DNA from: Candidatus Mediterraneibacter merdigallinarum
GTDB lineage: Bacteria; Bacillota; Clostridia; Lachnospirales; Lachnospiraceae
Length of the DNA stretch: 64,000 nucleotides
Direction: 5' to 3'
Assembly: GCA_019117305.1 (NCBI GenBank)
Contig: DWZZ01000027.1
Location: 6,529 to 70,528, forward strand
Position 1 is the stretch's first letter, and each line of letters opens with the position of its first letter. A program made the translations under genes and the position numbers. Positions 9,949 through 19,793 of this stretch are shown here, one piece after another. The notes under the pieces were generated by a model. It was not told the DNA's origin. It ran no database searches and worked only from the letters and a program-made list of their open reading frames with translations.

Positions 9949-10724
9949 CGTACATGCTCCTTCCAGCCATATGTCTTTTCAAAAGGAATTCTGCGGAACT
10001 GAACCGGTTTCACTCCATTGCAGATATTTCTCGGATTGATCTCAAACAGCGCATCCAGATATTCTTTCGGATACTCTCTGCTGAGATGATCATACGCGTC
10101 CGCCATACATGTGGTTCTGCGGATCGGGCTGTGGGCGTCGCTTGCCACAGCTGTCACAAGATTATGATTCAGAAGTTCATATGCCGTCTGCTGAGCCCCG
10201 GCTCCGAACCTTCCCATAAAACTGCCTTTATTGATCTGTATCTCGCACCCTTTCTTTTTCCATTCTGAGATAATCTCCGGATCATCCTGCACAAATTCAT
10301 ACCGCTCTGCATGGGCAATCAGAGGGATTGCCCGGACTTCCATTACCTGCCGTACCATCGCGCCGGCAAAATCCGGATCCTCCTGAAAATCAAATTCCAT
10401 AAGGACATATCTGGTCCGGTTAATCGGAAATATCCGGCCCTCCGTCAGAAGCCGCGGAAGATCTTCTGTCGTAAAGACTTCCATTCCCGCCAGAAGCGTA
10501 ATGCCCGGCTGCTCTCTCTGTATAATCTCCTTCGTTTTCCGGAAGACCCGGCAGTATTCTTTTCCAAAATAATTGTTATACTCTCCGGGAATATTGCAGT
10601 GGGGCGTCGCGACAATAACTTTCGTCCCGTTTTCATAAGCCAGCGCCGCCATCTCAATACTGTCATAGATATCCGCAGCGCCGTCATCCATTCCCGGAAG
10701 TATATGTGTATGTATATCTATCAT
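9945..10724 (-). CDS. cpsB: CpsB/CapC PHP-family protein-tyrosine phosphatase
   Basis: MIDIHTHILPGMDDGA, ATPH, IAHAERY, VASDAH. Confidence 0.93.
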   Translation of the reverse strand: MIDIHTHILPGMDDGAADIYDSIEMAALAYENGTKVIVATPHCNIPGEYNNYFGKEYCRVFRKTKEIIQREQPGITLLAGMEVFTTEDLPRLLTEGRIFPINRTRYVLMEFDFQEDPDFAGAMVRQVMEVRAIPLIAHAERYEFVQDDPEIISEWKKKGCEIQINKGSFMGRFGAGAQQTAYELLNHNLVTAVASDAHSPIRRTTCMADAYDHLSREYPKEYLDALFEINPRNICNGVKPVQFRRIPFEKTYGWKEHVR

Positions 10725-10882
10725 TTATCCTTTCCTTCAAAATACGACAAAATAATTCACCGGTATCTGCCTGACTTCTTTCCTGCAAATTCAATTCTGT
10801 CTGACAGACTGACGATTTCATCCTGACATTATAGCATATTTCCTCATGGCTGAGAACATAATCCGTCAGGTTTCCATATATT

Positions 10883-11365
10883 TCAGCCCTTTGCCGATTC
10901 ATTGTCGCCGGGATGCCTCCGCCTTGTGCATATCGCATACAGCCCTGTAATAATCCTTCTGGCCGGAAGAATCCGTATCCACACATGTTCAAAAAACTCC
11001 CACCAGAAGTCCCCCGGCTCCAGCATCCTGCCCTTCCGCTTCACCTTAATAACCCGCGCAAATATCTGATCCCGCCTTAACGGCCCCTCAACCTGAACCT
11101 GCGCGTCGCCCGCCATATAATAGGCGTCTCCCCTTTTTTTGTATATGCGGTGCATCACATACTGTCCGCCGTCCCTCTGATAGAAAACCATATCTCCTCT
11201 GCGCAGCTCTCTGTCCGGTCTGGTGAAATAAATATAATCCCGGTTGTGACAGAGGAATGGCGACATACTGCTCCCTGCGATCAGCATGGAAACCACCTTT
11301 CCTTCTTCGGCAATCTCCCGAAGTACGGATACATATTCTCTTGTATCTACAACTTTCCCGGCCAT
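10883..11365 (-). CDS. S24/S26-family peptidase (Ser-His type, no N-terminal TM anchor)
   Basis: GSSMSPFL, RGDMVFY, YVMHRI, AGDA motifs. Confidence 0.82.
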   Translation of the reverse strand: MAGKVVDTREYVSVLREIAEEGKVVSMLIAGSSMSPFLCHNRDYIYFTRPDRELRRGDMVFYQRDGGQYVMHRIYKKRGDAYYMAGDAQVQVEGPLRRDQIFARVIKVKRKGRMLEPGDFWWEFFEHVWIRILPARRIITGLYAICTRRRHPGDNESAKG

Positions 11366-11426
11366 TCCGGACTCTCCTTTCGCCTCTGCACTTCCCCCGG
11401 CAGAAATATTCCCCCCTGAAATTCTG

Positions 11427-13220
11427 TCAGAAATCCATAGCCATGCGGCTGGATTCTTCTTCGCTGAGTTCCGTTACTTTTGTTTCCATAACACGGTAAA
11501 CTCTCTGGCACAGATTCAGTACACTGGGACGATGTGTAGTTACAATACATGTTTTATTCGGATGCTGCTTTACTATGTTGCGCAGTACCGTCCGTTCTGT
11601 CGTCACATCCAGAGCCGATGTTGCCTCATCCAGAAGCAGCACCGGTGAATTTCTCAGAACAGCTCTTGCAATGGCAATACGCTGGGCCTGTCCTTCTGAA
11701 AGCCCGCGGCCTCTTTCTCCTACATTGCTGTTAATCGTATCCGGCAGCTTCTCTACAAAGTCCCAGGCGCAGGACACTTTCAGGGCTTCGATAATCTCCT
11801 CGTCTGTAGCGTCCTCTTTCACCATGCGCATATTTTCCGCAATTGTGCCGGAAATAATTGTATTTCCCTGAGGAACATAGGCAAAAAGATGCCTGGTTTC
11901 CGCGTTCATCTCTATCGTTTTTCCATCCGACGCACTAAGACTGACTGTGCCGTCCTGGGGACGGATCAGTCCCAGAATCAGACGGATCATTGTAGTCTTT
12001 CCTTCACCGGAAGGGCCTACCAGAGCAACAATTTCCCCCGGATTTGCCTCAAATGCAGATTCTGTAATCACACGGGTTCCCTCTACATAAGAGAAATTCA
12101 CATCTTTCATCCGAACCCGGAATCCGTCTTCCACATACCGGTCCATCTCGCTGCTCTCAGGGATATGAACTTCCCTTGGAAGCTGCACCAGTTCACGGAT
12201 TCTGTGGGCAGATACGGAACTGTTCAGAAATGACGGAATAATGGACACCACATTGCTGAATGCCGACGACAGTTTGCTCCGCTGCTGAAGGAACAATGTC
12301 ATTGTTCCATATGTAATATCATTGGTCCACAGACGGAACAGACAGTATCCGAACGCCAGAAACTGAACCAGAGTTCCCATGACAGACATGAGAATACTGG
12401 TCTTGATGCTGAACATGTTGTACTTCAGACTGATATCCCGGAACTTTCCCTGCCACCAGCGCATTTTCTTACTGTAGTGAGGCGCGATGCCAAAAGACTT
12501 GATCGTATCAAAATTATAGATGGCCTCTACTTCAAATGTCATCAGATCCGAACTCATCTCACGGACTTTCTTGCTGTAGTCCCTCTGTTTTTTAATCATA
12601 AACCGGGACATAAGCAGCATAAACGGCGCGCTTCCCAGAGCGATCACAGCCATGATCCAGTCATAATGCAGAATCACAAAAAACGTGGCTATAAAATTGT
12701 AAATTGCTATTATGATAGTAGGAAGCCAGCTGATGGCATTGCTGCTGACCGTACCGATATCTCCGTTAAAACGGTTCAGAATATCTCCATTGGAATACTG
12801 ATTCAGAGAGAGCCAGTCCGCATCCACAATCTTGTCAAAAATATCCGCCTGAATATCATTGTTAATATCAATGCTCAGTTTTGCGGTGATCCGGCTGATA
12901 ATGCTGCTGAACACAAGACTGAACACTGTGCTTCCTACCATGATAGAAACCATGACCCACAGCCTGCTGGAATCATGCCCGGTAATAATATCAATCATGT
13001 ATTTGCTCGCCACACTGCTGACCAGTCCCATGGAGGTGCTGAAAATACCCAGGATCAGATAAAACGCAATGGCGCCTTTGTATCTGACACTGTAGCTGAA
13101 AATCCACTTCCAGTCGTCTATAATCTCTGCGAAAGTTCCGTCCTTCCATCTGGAAATAAGTATATCCAGAGATTCGAAGGCCGGATTTTTATTTTCATTC
13201 TGCTGATTCTCTTCGTCCAT
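11427..13220 (-). CDS. ABC exporter, fused permease/ATPase
   Basis: TM domain plus GPSGEGKTT, LSEGQAQR, LLLDEATSALD; no C39 peptidase domain. Confidence 0.93.
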   Translation of the reverse strand: MDEENQQNENKNPAFESLDILISRWKDGTFAEIIDDWKWIFSYSVRYKGAIAFYLILGIFSTSMGLVSSVASKYMIDIITGHDSSRLWVMVSIMVGSTVFSLVFSSIISRITAKLSIDINNDIQADIFDKIVDADWLSLNQYSNGDILNRFNGDIGTVSSNAISWLPTIIIAIYNFIATFFVILHYDWIMAVIALGSAPFMLLMSRFMIKKQRDYSKKVREMSSDLMTFEVEAIYNFDTIKSFGIAPHYSKKMRWWQGKFRDISLKYNMFSIKTSILMSVMGTLVQFLAFGYCLFRLWTNDITYGTMTLFLQQRSKLSSAFSNVVSIIPSFLNSSVSAHRIRELVQLPREVHIPESSEMDRYVEDGFRVRMKDVNFSYVEGTRVITESAFEANPGEIVALVGPSGEGKTTMIRLILGLIRPQDGTVSLSASDGKTIEMNAETRHLFAYVPQGNTIISGTIAENMRMVKEDATDEEIIEALKVSCAWDFVEKLPDTINSNVGERGRGLSEGQAQRIAIARAVLRNSPVLLLDEATSALDVTTERTVLRNIVKQHPNKTCIVTTHRPSVLNLCQRVYRVMETKVTELSEEESSRMAMDF

Positions 13221-13348
13221 AATTCACCTCTTTTTCAGACTTTAACACGCTTCCCCGGCAGGATCTGCCGCGGCGAATCCTGCCCGTACAGGCGCGCCGC
13301 GCCCGTTCTGCGAACAATTATACTATTTCTGATTAAAAAAGCAATCGG

Positions 13349-14206
13349 TTAAATTGCCAGAACTTTCTCCAGACACTCTACCGCTTCTCTGGAAATCGTA
13401 CATCCCAGATGAAAGACCGGTACATTTCCCAGGAAATCTTCCATCAGATCCATTATATGGATATGAGCCTCCCTGTTCCATTTATTTACTGTAATCTGGC
13501 TGTACAGCAGCGGAAAAGCCCGGCCGGGAGACAGTCTTTCCGCATGATTCTCCTCTGCCTGGCTCAGCATAACTACCGCCCGGATCGGAACATCCTCGTT
13601 AAAACACACTTCTGACGTACCGCATACCGGCCAGCCCCGGGCCGTCCATCTGCCGTCCATCTTTCCAAGAAGCGCGCGGTCTCCGTTTACTGTCCTGCTT
13701 CCCCGGTATTTTTCCCACAGATTTGCCTGGGTCGTCTTCCCGGTCTCCGATGGCGCGGAAAAAAGAACAGCCTCCCCTTTATATTCCACATAAGCACAGT
13801 GAAGCACCATACTGTCCTTCTTCACCAGCCGCCGCTCCAGCGCAAGCAGAGACGTAAATACAGGATCAATATGCAGTTCTTTGATCTCATCTCTTACAAG
13901 CACAATCTCCGCCCTGTCCTCTGCCACTTCCCGGTAACAGGCATAGGGATCCTTTCGCCCTTTTACGCCGATCAGACGGCTTTCGAAAGTGCCCTCATCT
14001 GTCTTATGACAGAACACCGTCAGGTCAGGCCGCCGGGCAGATACGGTTCCATCCGGCCGGGGAAGCGCATCTGAAACTTCTATACGATAAGTGTACTCCG
14101 GACTGCCTGACGTACATTCAAACTTCATAAAGTTCTCCGGCGGCGTTACTTCCTCCGGACAGCAGAGACGGAATACAAACTCTCCGATCCGAAATAATTT
14201 ATCCAT
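13349..14206 (-). CDS. HPr-kinase-like P-loop kinase (RiPP-cluster type), copy 1
   Basis: VLHCAYV, FSAPSETGKTT, VNGDRALL, GWPVCGTS. Start placed at MDKLF (14206), overlapping the rSAM stop. Confidence 0.75.
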   Translation of the reverse strand: MDKLFRIGEFVFRLCCPEEVTPPENFMKFECTSGSPEYTYRIEVSDALPRPDGTVSARRPDLTVFCHKTDEGTFESRLIGVKGRKDPYACYREVAEDRAEIVLVRDEIKELHIDPVFTSLLALERRLVKKDSMVLHCAYVEYKGEAVLFSAPSETGKTTQANLWEKYRGSRTVNGDRALLGKMDGRWTARGWPVCGTSEVCFNEDVPIRAVVMLSQAEENHAERLSPGRAFPLLYSQITVNKWNREAHIHIMDLMEDFLGNVPVFHLGCTISREAVECLEKVLAI

Positions 14207-15329
14207 TCTCTCTGTTCTCCTGTATCTCTTTTTCCTCTTCCTCAAGCAACCGCAGAGACTCCTTCGCATACCGGCACATGTAGTCAGGAACTCCGGCATA
14301 GCTTCCTGTCTCCAGCAGAGCGCTGGCCGCGCAGGTACGGCACAGATGCCTCACCCGGCAGGTACTGCACTTTGCGTTCAGCAGGATCTTCCATGTCTCC
14401 TCTGTAATATATTTCCAGGCAGCCTCAAATCCTGCTTCAAACACAGAAACTTCCGGTTCGCTCATAACCACGCAGGGACGCATCTGCCCCTGCCAGTTAA
14501 TCGTAAATGAACACCGGCCGGCCATACAGGCCATATGCCCCGGCTTCTCTTCCGCCGGTTCCGGATGCTCTGCTTTTTCTATTGACTGACAGACATATGC
14601 CGGAAAAAGTTCCGGCCCCATCTCTCTCTTCAAAGCATGAATTCTGGCCTGTGCCGCTTCTTCCGGACCCAGCCGGGCCTGCAGATTATAGGGCAGATCC
14701 CGTTCTCTTGTGGCAGGCATCATGTAGGTGTCCACCCGGACAGGAATATCCAGTTCTTCGCCTATATCCAGCAGCTTATCAAGATCATCCCTGTTCGCGC
14801 GGGTAAGACTGCCGCCCACCTTCACGTCCACGCCGTTCTCCCGAAGCAGACGGATACCCTGCAGTGTCTTCTCAAATCCCCCGGGATAATGGCACAGATC
14901 CGCATAAGTCTCTTCGTCCGTCCCGTACAGAGTAATATTCACCCTGCGAGGTTTATGTTTTCCAAAAAACTCAGCCAGATCTTCGTCAATCAGCGTACCA
15001 TTTGTGTTGATCGTCAGAATCATGCCCATCTCTCTCAGGCCAAGGTAGAGCCTTCTGAAATCCGGATACAGGAAAGGCTCTCCTCCGGTCAGCAGGAGGA
15101 ACAGGACGCCGGCTTCCTTCATCTGCCTGCCGATCTCCAGCCACTCATCTGCGGTGCGAAGCCGTCCCTGCCGCTCCATCTCCTCTCTGCTGAGCCGGAC
15201 ATAACACATATCACAGTTCATGTTGCAAAGAGGAAGGAGTTCTATACTTCCATTGGCCGGGGTGCGGGTACGCTTCGCCTGATCGAGAATCATGCGTTCA
15301 ACTGTGGTCGCGCCTTCTAATTGTTCCAT
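14199..15329 (-). CDS. Radical SAM protein with SPASM-like C-terminus, copy 1
   Basis: CNMNCDMC, LTGGEP, TNGTL; C-terminal CMAGRCSFTINWQGQMRPC...CSTCRVRHLCRTC...YMC. Start at MEQLEG (15329) follows an aggag RBS. Confidence 0.92.
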   Translation of the reverse strand: MEQLEGATTVERMILDQAKRTRTPANGSIELLPLCNMNCDMCYVRLSREEMERQGRLRTADEWLEIGRQMKEAGVLFLLLTGGEPFLYPDFRRLYLGLREMGMILTINTNGTLIDEDLAEFFGKHKPRRVNITLYGTDEETYADLCHYPGGFEKTLQGIRLLRENGVDVKVGGSLTRANRDDLDKLLDIGEELDIPVRVDTYMMPATRERDLPYNLQARLGPEEAAQARIHALKREMGPELFPAYVCQSIEKAEHPEPAEEKPGHMACMAGRCSFTINWQGQMRPCVVMSEPEVSVFEAGFEAAWKYITEETWKILLNAKCSTCRVRHLCRTCAASALLETGSYAGVPDYMCRYAKESLRLLEEEEKEIQENRENG

Positions 15330-15357
15330 AGGATGATCTCCTTTCGGGGTAAATGAA

Positions 15358-15386
15358 AATAGACCGGAGGGCTGTTCCGGTCTATT
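15358..15386 (-). terminator. Hairpin/terminator between precursor A and rSAM 1
   Basis: aatagaccgga-N7-tccggtctatt perfect 11-bp stem, followed by ttcattt on the minus strand. Confidence 0.65.
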
Positions 15387-15405
15387 GTAATTATGTAGAT
15401 AAATA

Positions 15406-15810
15406 TTATGATTTTGCTGTTTCCCAAGAATCCTGATCAAGATTTGTAGTACAATGAACATCGGTGCCACCATCAGTCCAGATGATAACAGACGTTTTAG
15501 GATACTCTTTCCATCCACCAAACAATGTCCAATATCCTGTCTCATCAGTTCCGCCATTCTGGATATAATAACCTCTGATAAAATCATCCTGAGTTGAAGC
15601 TTCATGTGTTGCATCACAAGCATGATAATAACGAGCTCTACCTTTTGTTAAATTTGTTCCATCATCAGTGTATACATCGCCTTTTGCACCACCACCAGCA
15701 TCACATTTAAACTTATAAACTGTATTCCAGTCATGACAAGCCGCTACATACTCATTAGCCTCAAACTTCTGCACCTCAGTAAGAGGTCTCTTCCAAACTC
15801 TTCCTTCCAT
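15406..15810 (-). CDS. Putative RiPP precursor A (134 aa)
   Basis: Leader VWKRPLTEVQKFEANEYVAAC, near-identical to precursor B; 4 Cys; ends in Ser (TAKS); lies between PqqD and rSAM genes. Confidence 0.75.
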   Translation of the reverse strand: MEGRVWKRPLTEVQKFEANEYVAACHDWNTVYKFKCDAGGGAKGDVYTDDGTNLTKGRARYYHACDATHEASTQDDFIRGYYIQNGGTDETGYWTLFGGWKEYPKTSVIIWTDGGTDVHCTTNLDQDSWETAKS

Positions 15811-15812
15811 TT

Positions 15813-16085
15813 TTACTCCTCCTTTAATAGACCATACTGTAAATATTCTCTTATGAAATCTTTAATTCCCTGTTCCATTTCACCATCGGGATCGGAATAT
15901 TCTTTCTTCGCTTCAGCAATCACATCTTCCATCGTCCTCGGCTGTTGGAACAGCTGCCACAGAAAGCGGCAGGTTTCATTCAGCGATATCACGCTGTTCT
16001 CAAATATCCCCGCTTCGCCGACAGGCACCAGTACGGCTTCTCCTGCCACATTTCTCAGCAGGAAATCGGGGTTTGCTTTAAACAT
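15813..16085 (-). CDS. PqqD-family RiPP recognition element (RRE), copy 1
   Basis: FLLRNVAGEAVLVP, ISLNETCRFLWQLF, EYS....MEQGIKDFI..L..YGLL; 90 aa from MFKAN. Confidence 0.88.
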   Translation of the reverse strand: MFKANPDFLLRNVAGEAVLVPVGEAGIFENSVISLNETCRFLWQLFQQPRTMEDVIAEAKKEYSDPDGEMEQGIKDFIREYLQYGLLKEE

Positions 16086-16214
16086 CCTGACGCCTTCCTC
16101 TTTTGTATTTTCCGGAAGATGCTCCTGAGAACCGGAACCGGAGAGCATCTCGGATGACTTTTCTTTTCTCTCCAATATATTCCTCCCCTGTTTACCTATC
16201 ATATCTATCTCATT

Positions 16215-16242
16215 ACTATAGCACAACTTATTTGATTGTCAA
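16215..16242 (-). promoter_or_regulatory. Sigma-A-type promoter for PqqD-precursor A-rSAM operon
   Basis: TTGACA-N16-TATAGT with extended TG on the minus strand. Confidence 0.6.
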
Positions 16243-16361
16243 TGATGAAAAACACAGTTTTTTTATAAAAAATTCACAATTTATGGGCATTTTTGAATGT
16301 TTTTACACTTTATTACATATAATTGACATTTTATTACATTTGCATCCAAATCAGGAAACCA

Positions 16362-17477
16362 TTACATTTCAGTCATCTTTTCTATTTCTTTCAAAAGCAG
16401 TTTTTTATACTCTCCCGCATATCTGCACAAATATTCCGGCAGGCCGTCGTAGTTGCCTGTCTCCAGCCAGGCGCTGGCAGCACATGTTTTACATATGGGG
16501 CGAAGCGGGCATTCTGTGCATTTATCATTAATCCTGAATTTCTTCGCCTTTTCGGATATTTCCTGCCAGGCAGCCTCAAATCCGGTTTTAAATACAGACA
16601 CGGTCGGCTCTTCCAGCGTAACGCACGGCCGCATTTCCCCCTGCCAGTTCACGGCAAAAGAACAGTTTCCTGCCATACAGGTGATGCCGGACGGATATCC
16701 GGTTACAGGCTGTTCTGTCTGTTCCAGTTTCTGTTTTACATACACCGGGAACAGCTCCGGATCCATCTCAGCCCGTATTGTCTCCAGTTCCGCCGCGGCC
16801 GCTTCCTCCGGCATCAGTCTGGCCTGTTCTTCAAAGGGCCGCCTTCTCTCATGAAGGCCGGGCAGCATATATGTATCCATATGTACCGGCGCCTCAAGCT
16901 CCCGGCCGATGGCATATATTTTCTCCATATCGCTGCGGTTGGTTCTGGTTACACTGCCGTTGATTTTCACATCCACGCCCCGATCTTTCAGCAGCCGGAT
17001 GGCGTTTTTCGCTTTCTCAAATCCTCCGGGATAATGACAGAGTTTCTCATAGGCGCTGTCGTCTGCCCCGTAAAGGGTGATGTTAATCCGCCGGGGTTTG
17101 TATCTGCCGAAAAAATCTGCCCATCCTTCGTCCAGAAGTGTACCGTTGGTATTGACAGTCAGGATCATTCCCATCTGCCTGAGCTCTACATATAGCTTCT
17201 GGAAATCAGGAAAAAGCAGCGGTTCCCCGCCGGTCAGGAGCAGGAACAGCACTCCGGCCTTCTGCATCTCCCTTCCGAGACCGATCCATTCATCTGCCGT
17301 ATGCAGCCCGCCTTTTGCCTCTGTCTCCCTGGCGCTGAGCCGCACATAACACATATCACAGTTCATATTGCAGAGGGGCAGAAGCTCCAGACTTCCATTA
17401 ATAGGCCGCTGTGCTGCCGACGCCCGGCGCAGCATCCTCTTTTCCATTGTATTCGGTTCCATCTGCATTGGATCCAT
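16362..17477 (-). CDS. Radical SAM protein with SPASM-like C-terminus, copy 2
   Basis: CNMNCDMC, LTGGEP; CMAGNCSFAVNWQGEMRPC...CTECPLRPICKTC...YLC; close paralog of copy 1. Confidence 0.92.
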   Translation of the reverse strand: MDPMQMEPNTMEKRMLRRASAAQRPINGSLELLPLCNMNCDMCYVRLSARETEAKGGLHTADEWIGLGREMQKAGVLFLLLTGGEPLLFPDFQKLYVELRQMGMILTVNTNGTLLDEGWADFFGRYKPRRINITLYGADDSAYEKLCHYPGGFEKAKNAIRLLKDRGVDVKINGSVTRTNRSDMEKIYAIGRELEAPVHMDTYMLPGLHERRRPFEEQARLMPEEAAAAELETIRAEMDPELFPVYVKQKLEQTEQPVTGYPSGITCMAGNCSFAVNWQGEMRPCVTLEEPTVSVFKTGFEAAWQEISEKAKKFRINDKCTECPLRPICKTCAASAWLETGNYDGLPEYLCRYAGEYKKLLLKEIEKMTEM

Positions 17478-17491
17478 ATTTGCTATTCCTC

Positions 17492-17537
17492 CAAAAAAAG
17501 AGCGCCCCGCCAGGAAATAATCCTGTATGTGACACTC
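17492..17537 (-). terminator. Probable intrinsic terminator between precursor B and rSAM 2
   Basis: Minus strand gagtgtc..cagga-ttatt-tcctg..ggcgctc followed by T7 (stem contains G-U pairs). Confidence 0.5.
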
Positions 17538-17574
17538 CTTGTATTTCTTTTATTCCTCTCTATGTAACTAAAAA

Positions 17575-17994
17575 TTATGAGCGGTTCGGATGGCCTTCCG
17601 CTGTGGCAAATACTGTTCCTTTATGATTCCAGGTTCTTCCGTCGGAAGCACTTGTGGTCCAGTAAATTGTATCTCCAATATCAACCGTAGACACGTCTCT
17701 TGTAGAATTATAACGTTCATCCCAATAAATGGTACAACTCAAATCTCCCAGTCCGTCTGTACCTGTTTCAATCATTCGATCCGCAATTGTATCATTATTA
17801 TCATCAAAAATCACCTGATTAGAGGAATTACCACAGTGTGCGATATCATGCGTTACTCCGTTATGATAATCTCCCTCCTGCCATTCATATCTATTTGACC
17901 AGCCCACATCACATTTCACACCCCAGCAAGCCGCTACATACTCATTCGCCTCAAATACCTGTACTTCCGTTCTCGGTTTTACCCATCTTTTCAT
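17575..17994 (-). CDS. Putative RiPP precursor B (139 aa)
   Basis: MKRWVKPRTEVQVFEANEYVAAC leader; GGGAGG RBS before ATG 17994; 4 Cys; ends in Ser (PNRS). Confidence 0.75.
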   Translation of the reverse strand: MKRWVKPRTEVQVFEANEYVAACWGVKCDVGWSNRYEWQEGDYHNGVTHDIAHCGNSSNQVIFDDNNDTIADRMIETGTDGLGDLSCTIYWDERYNSTRDVSTVDIGDTIYWTTSASDGRTWNHKGTVFATAEGHPNRS

Positions 17995-18273
17995 AATCAA
18001 TGTACCTCCCAACTATAATTCACTGTCCATTTGATAATTCTATGACAAAGCGACGTACATCGTCATTATTAATCCCTGCGAGCTGTCAGATCAATGGTGC
18101 ATTCTCATAACAACATCCGCTTTATTGCCTGAACTCAAAAAACCTTCACGGAATTATTTTACGCCAAAAAAATCTGAAATTCAAGTATTTCAATAAACTT
18201 TTTCTTTCCATCCCGAATTTCAGGTTACATCTGACTGTACATCGGGTGTATTTTTGCATTTTTGCATATTTAT

Positions 18274-19521
18274 TCACTGTATAATTTTATATTTTTTCAT
18301 CAGATCAACTCTGTGACTACCGATCTCTATACTTTCTCTGGCGTCATTATTCCCCTGCTTGCCGCTCTCCCGCAGATATTTCCAGATCCGGGATACCCAG
18401 GCTGCGGGAAGGAGGAACGGATATTTCTTCAGCCGGGGATATGTACGTTCCATATATTTTCTGTCCGGGAAAATGGAGCTTAATACATGCGCGCCCGCTT
18501 TCTTTCCCTTCCTGTCTTCACTGACTGCCTGCAGGGTAATATTGCTGCTGTGCTTTCTGCTCATACTGGAATCTCCGAATACGCCTCCGTCAATCAGATC
18601 TTCCAGCATATCCGCGCTGTCCTCTTCCAACGCGGCCCAGCTTTCCGGATAACATGCTTTTGTCTCGTCAAACAGCAGTTCTTTCTTCCCGATATCGAAA
18701 AGAGCCGCGGCAAATACATCTGCATGGATCTCTCTGCACTTTTCCAGGATATACTGCCAGTCGGTCTCAGCGCCGTGAGCCTCCGCATATCTCACAATGT
18801 CGCATACCTGCCGGATACCGAAGCCGCTGTGCAGAAAATGTTTAAACGCATGAAGGATCAGGTAGAGGAGATGATCCGTATGGCACATTGTATAAACCGG
18901 CACGCCTTTGATTTCGGTCTGTATTTTCCTGTCAAATACCTCCGCGAACATTGCGTTCAGGCCGCCGTAAGCCTCTGACTCAGAAGAAAACAGTTCCTTG
19001 TGCAGTTCGATATGAAGCATGCCTCCCACTTTGTAATAGGGAACTTCTCCTTCCGCCTCCGGATCCAGATCCGGCACCAGCATATCCATGCCGTTCTGCC
19101 GGAACACCTGATCGCACAGCTTAAACTGCTCTTCCGGTATCAATACGTCTTCATCTCCGGAGCAGCGGTAATCCGGTTCCGGATAAAGTTCCCGGCAGAC
19201 CAACCCTTTGACTACCAGCGGAGTAAGACCTTTTTCTGTCAGCCTGCTGTACAGTTCCAGGAATTCTTCTGTCTTTCTGCTCTGCGTCATCACCTGGCGG
19301 ATCACCTGCCCCTTGAGCATCTGCACCATTTCCGGCGGACACGACGCGAACGCCGGACAGGTATATACAGTTTCATATATCATCGGGAGAATCTGATGAT
19401 GCTGGCTGAGCCGGAACAGATCTGACCAGTCTTCCTCAGACATACTGTCCTCCCACAATACTTTTTCACCATTCAGGAAGCAGCGAAACGCTTCCAGCAT
19501 TTTATTACTAATCGCACTCAT
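18274..19521 (-). CDS. Nucleotidyltransferase family protein (NTP_transf_5-like)
   Basis: LVVKGL..RELYPEPDYRCSGDEDVLI, IELH, LILHAFKH, GIRQVCD. Confidence 0.87.
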   Translation of the reverse strand: MSAISNKMLEAFRCFLNGEKVLWEDSMSEEDWSDLFRLSQHHQILPMIYETVYTCPAFASCPPEMVQMLKGQVIRQVMTQSRKTEEFLELYSRLTEKGLTPLVVKGLVCRELYPEPDYRCSGDEDVLIPEEQFKLCDQVFRQNGMDMLVPDLDPEAEGEVPYYKVGGMLHIELHKELFSSESEAYGGLNAMFAEVFDRKIQTEIKGVPVYTMCHTDHLLYLILHAFKHFLHSGFGIRQVCDIVRYAEAHGAETDWQYILEKCREIHADVFAAALFDIGKKELLFDETKACYPESWAALEEDSADMLEDLIDGGVFGDSSMSRKHSSNITLQAVSEDRKGKKAGAHVLSSIFPDRKYMERTYPRLKKYPFLLPAAWVSRIWKYLRESGKQGNNDARESIEIGSHRVDLMKKYKIIQ

Positions 19522-19722
19522 CTTTATATGTACCTTCTTTGTTCTGTTTTTTACTGATTCTGGTAATATGCATGCATGAGTCCGGGCATCGCTGCCCTCA
19601 ATGGTATTTTATACTAGTATTGTTATATTTTTCCAGTATTTTCTTCCAGAAATTTCCAGAGGAACTGTCTGAATATTTTTTTGAACAGTCACTGATTTTC
19701 ATTTCATCTTCGAAGTAGAACT

Positions 19723-19767
19723 ATTTTATCACCAAAAAAAGGAGGAAACCTCATACCTGAGCATGAG
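19723..19767 (-). promoter_or_regulatory. Extended -10 (TGnTAAAAT) plus inverted-repeat box CTCATAC-N4-GCATGAG, embedded in the luxR terminator hairpin
   Basis: -10 at 19723-19728; box at 19750-19767; 21-nt gap identical to the sites at 26029 and 36458. Confidence 0.55.
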
Positions 19768-19784
19768 ATAATCCTCCCTTTTTT
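19734..19784 (-). terminator. Intrinsic terminator after MalT/LuxR gene
   Basis: A7-ggagga...ctcat...atgag...tcctcc-c-T6 immediately after the stop codon. Confidence 0.6.
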
Positions 19785-19793
19785 CATCGTTTT

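Noticed and set aside
15736-15810. Precursors as lipoproteins (VAAC/IAAC resembles a lipobox)
   Set aside because: No hydrophobic h-region precedes the Cys; the leaders are charged and polar
14199-17477. PQQ biosynthesis (PqqD/PqqE)
   Set aside because: No PqqA (ExxxY), PqqB or PqqC; PqqD here is best read as a generic RRE
10883-19521. Canonical lasso peptide (paeninodin-type) cluster
   Set aside because: No asparagine-synthetase-like cyclase or transglutaminase-like B2 in the window; cores are too long and leaders lack the penultimate Thr
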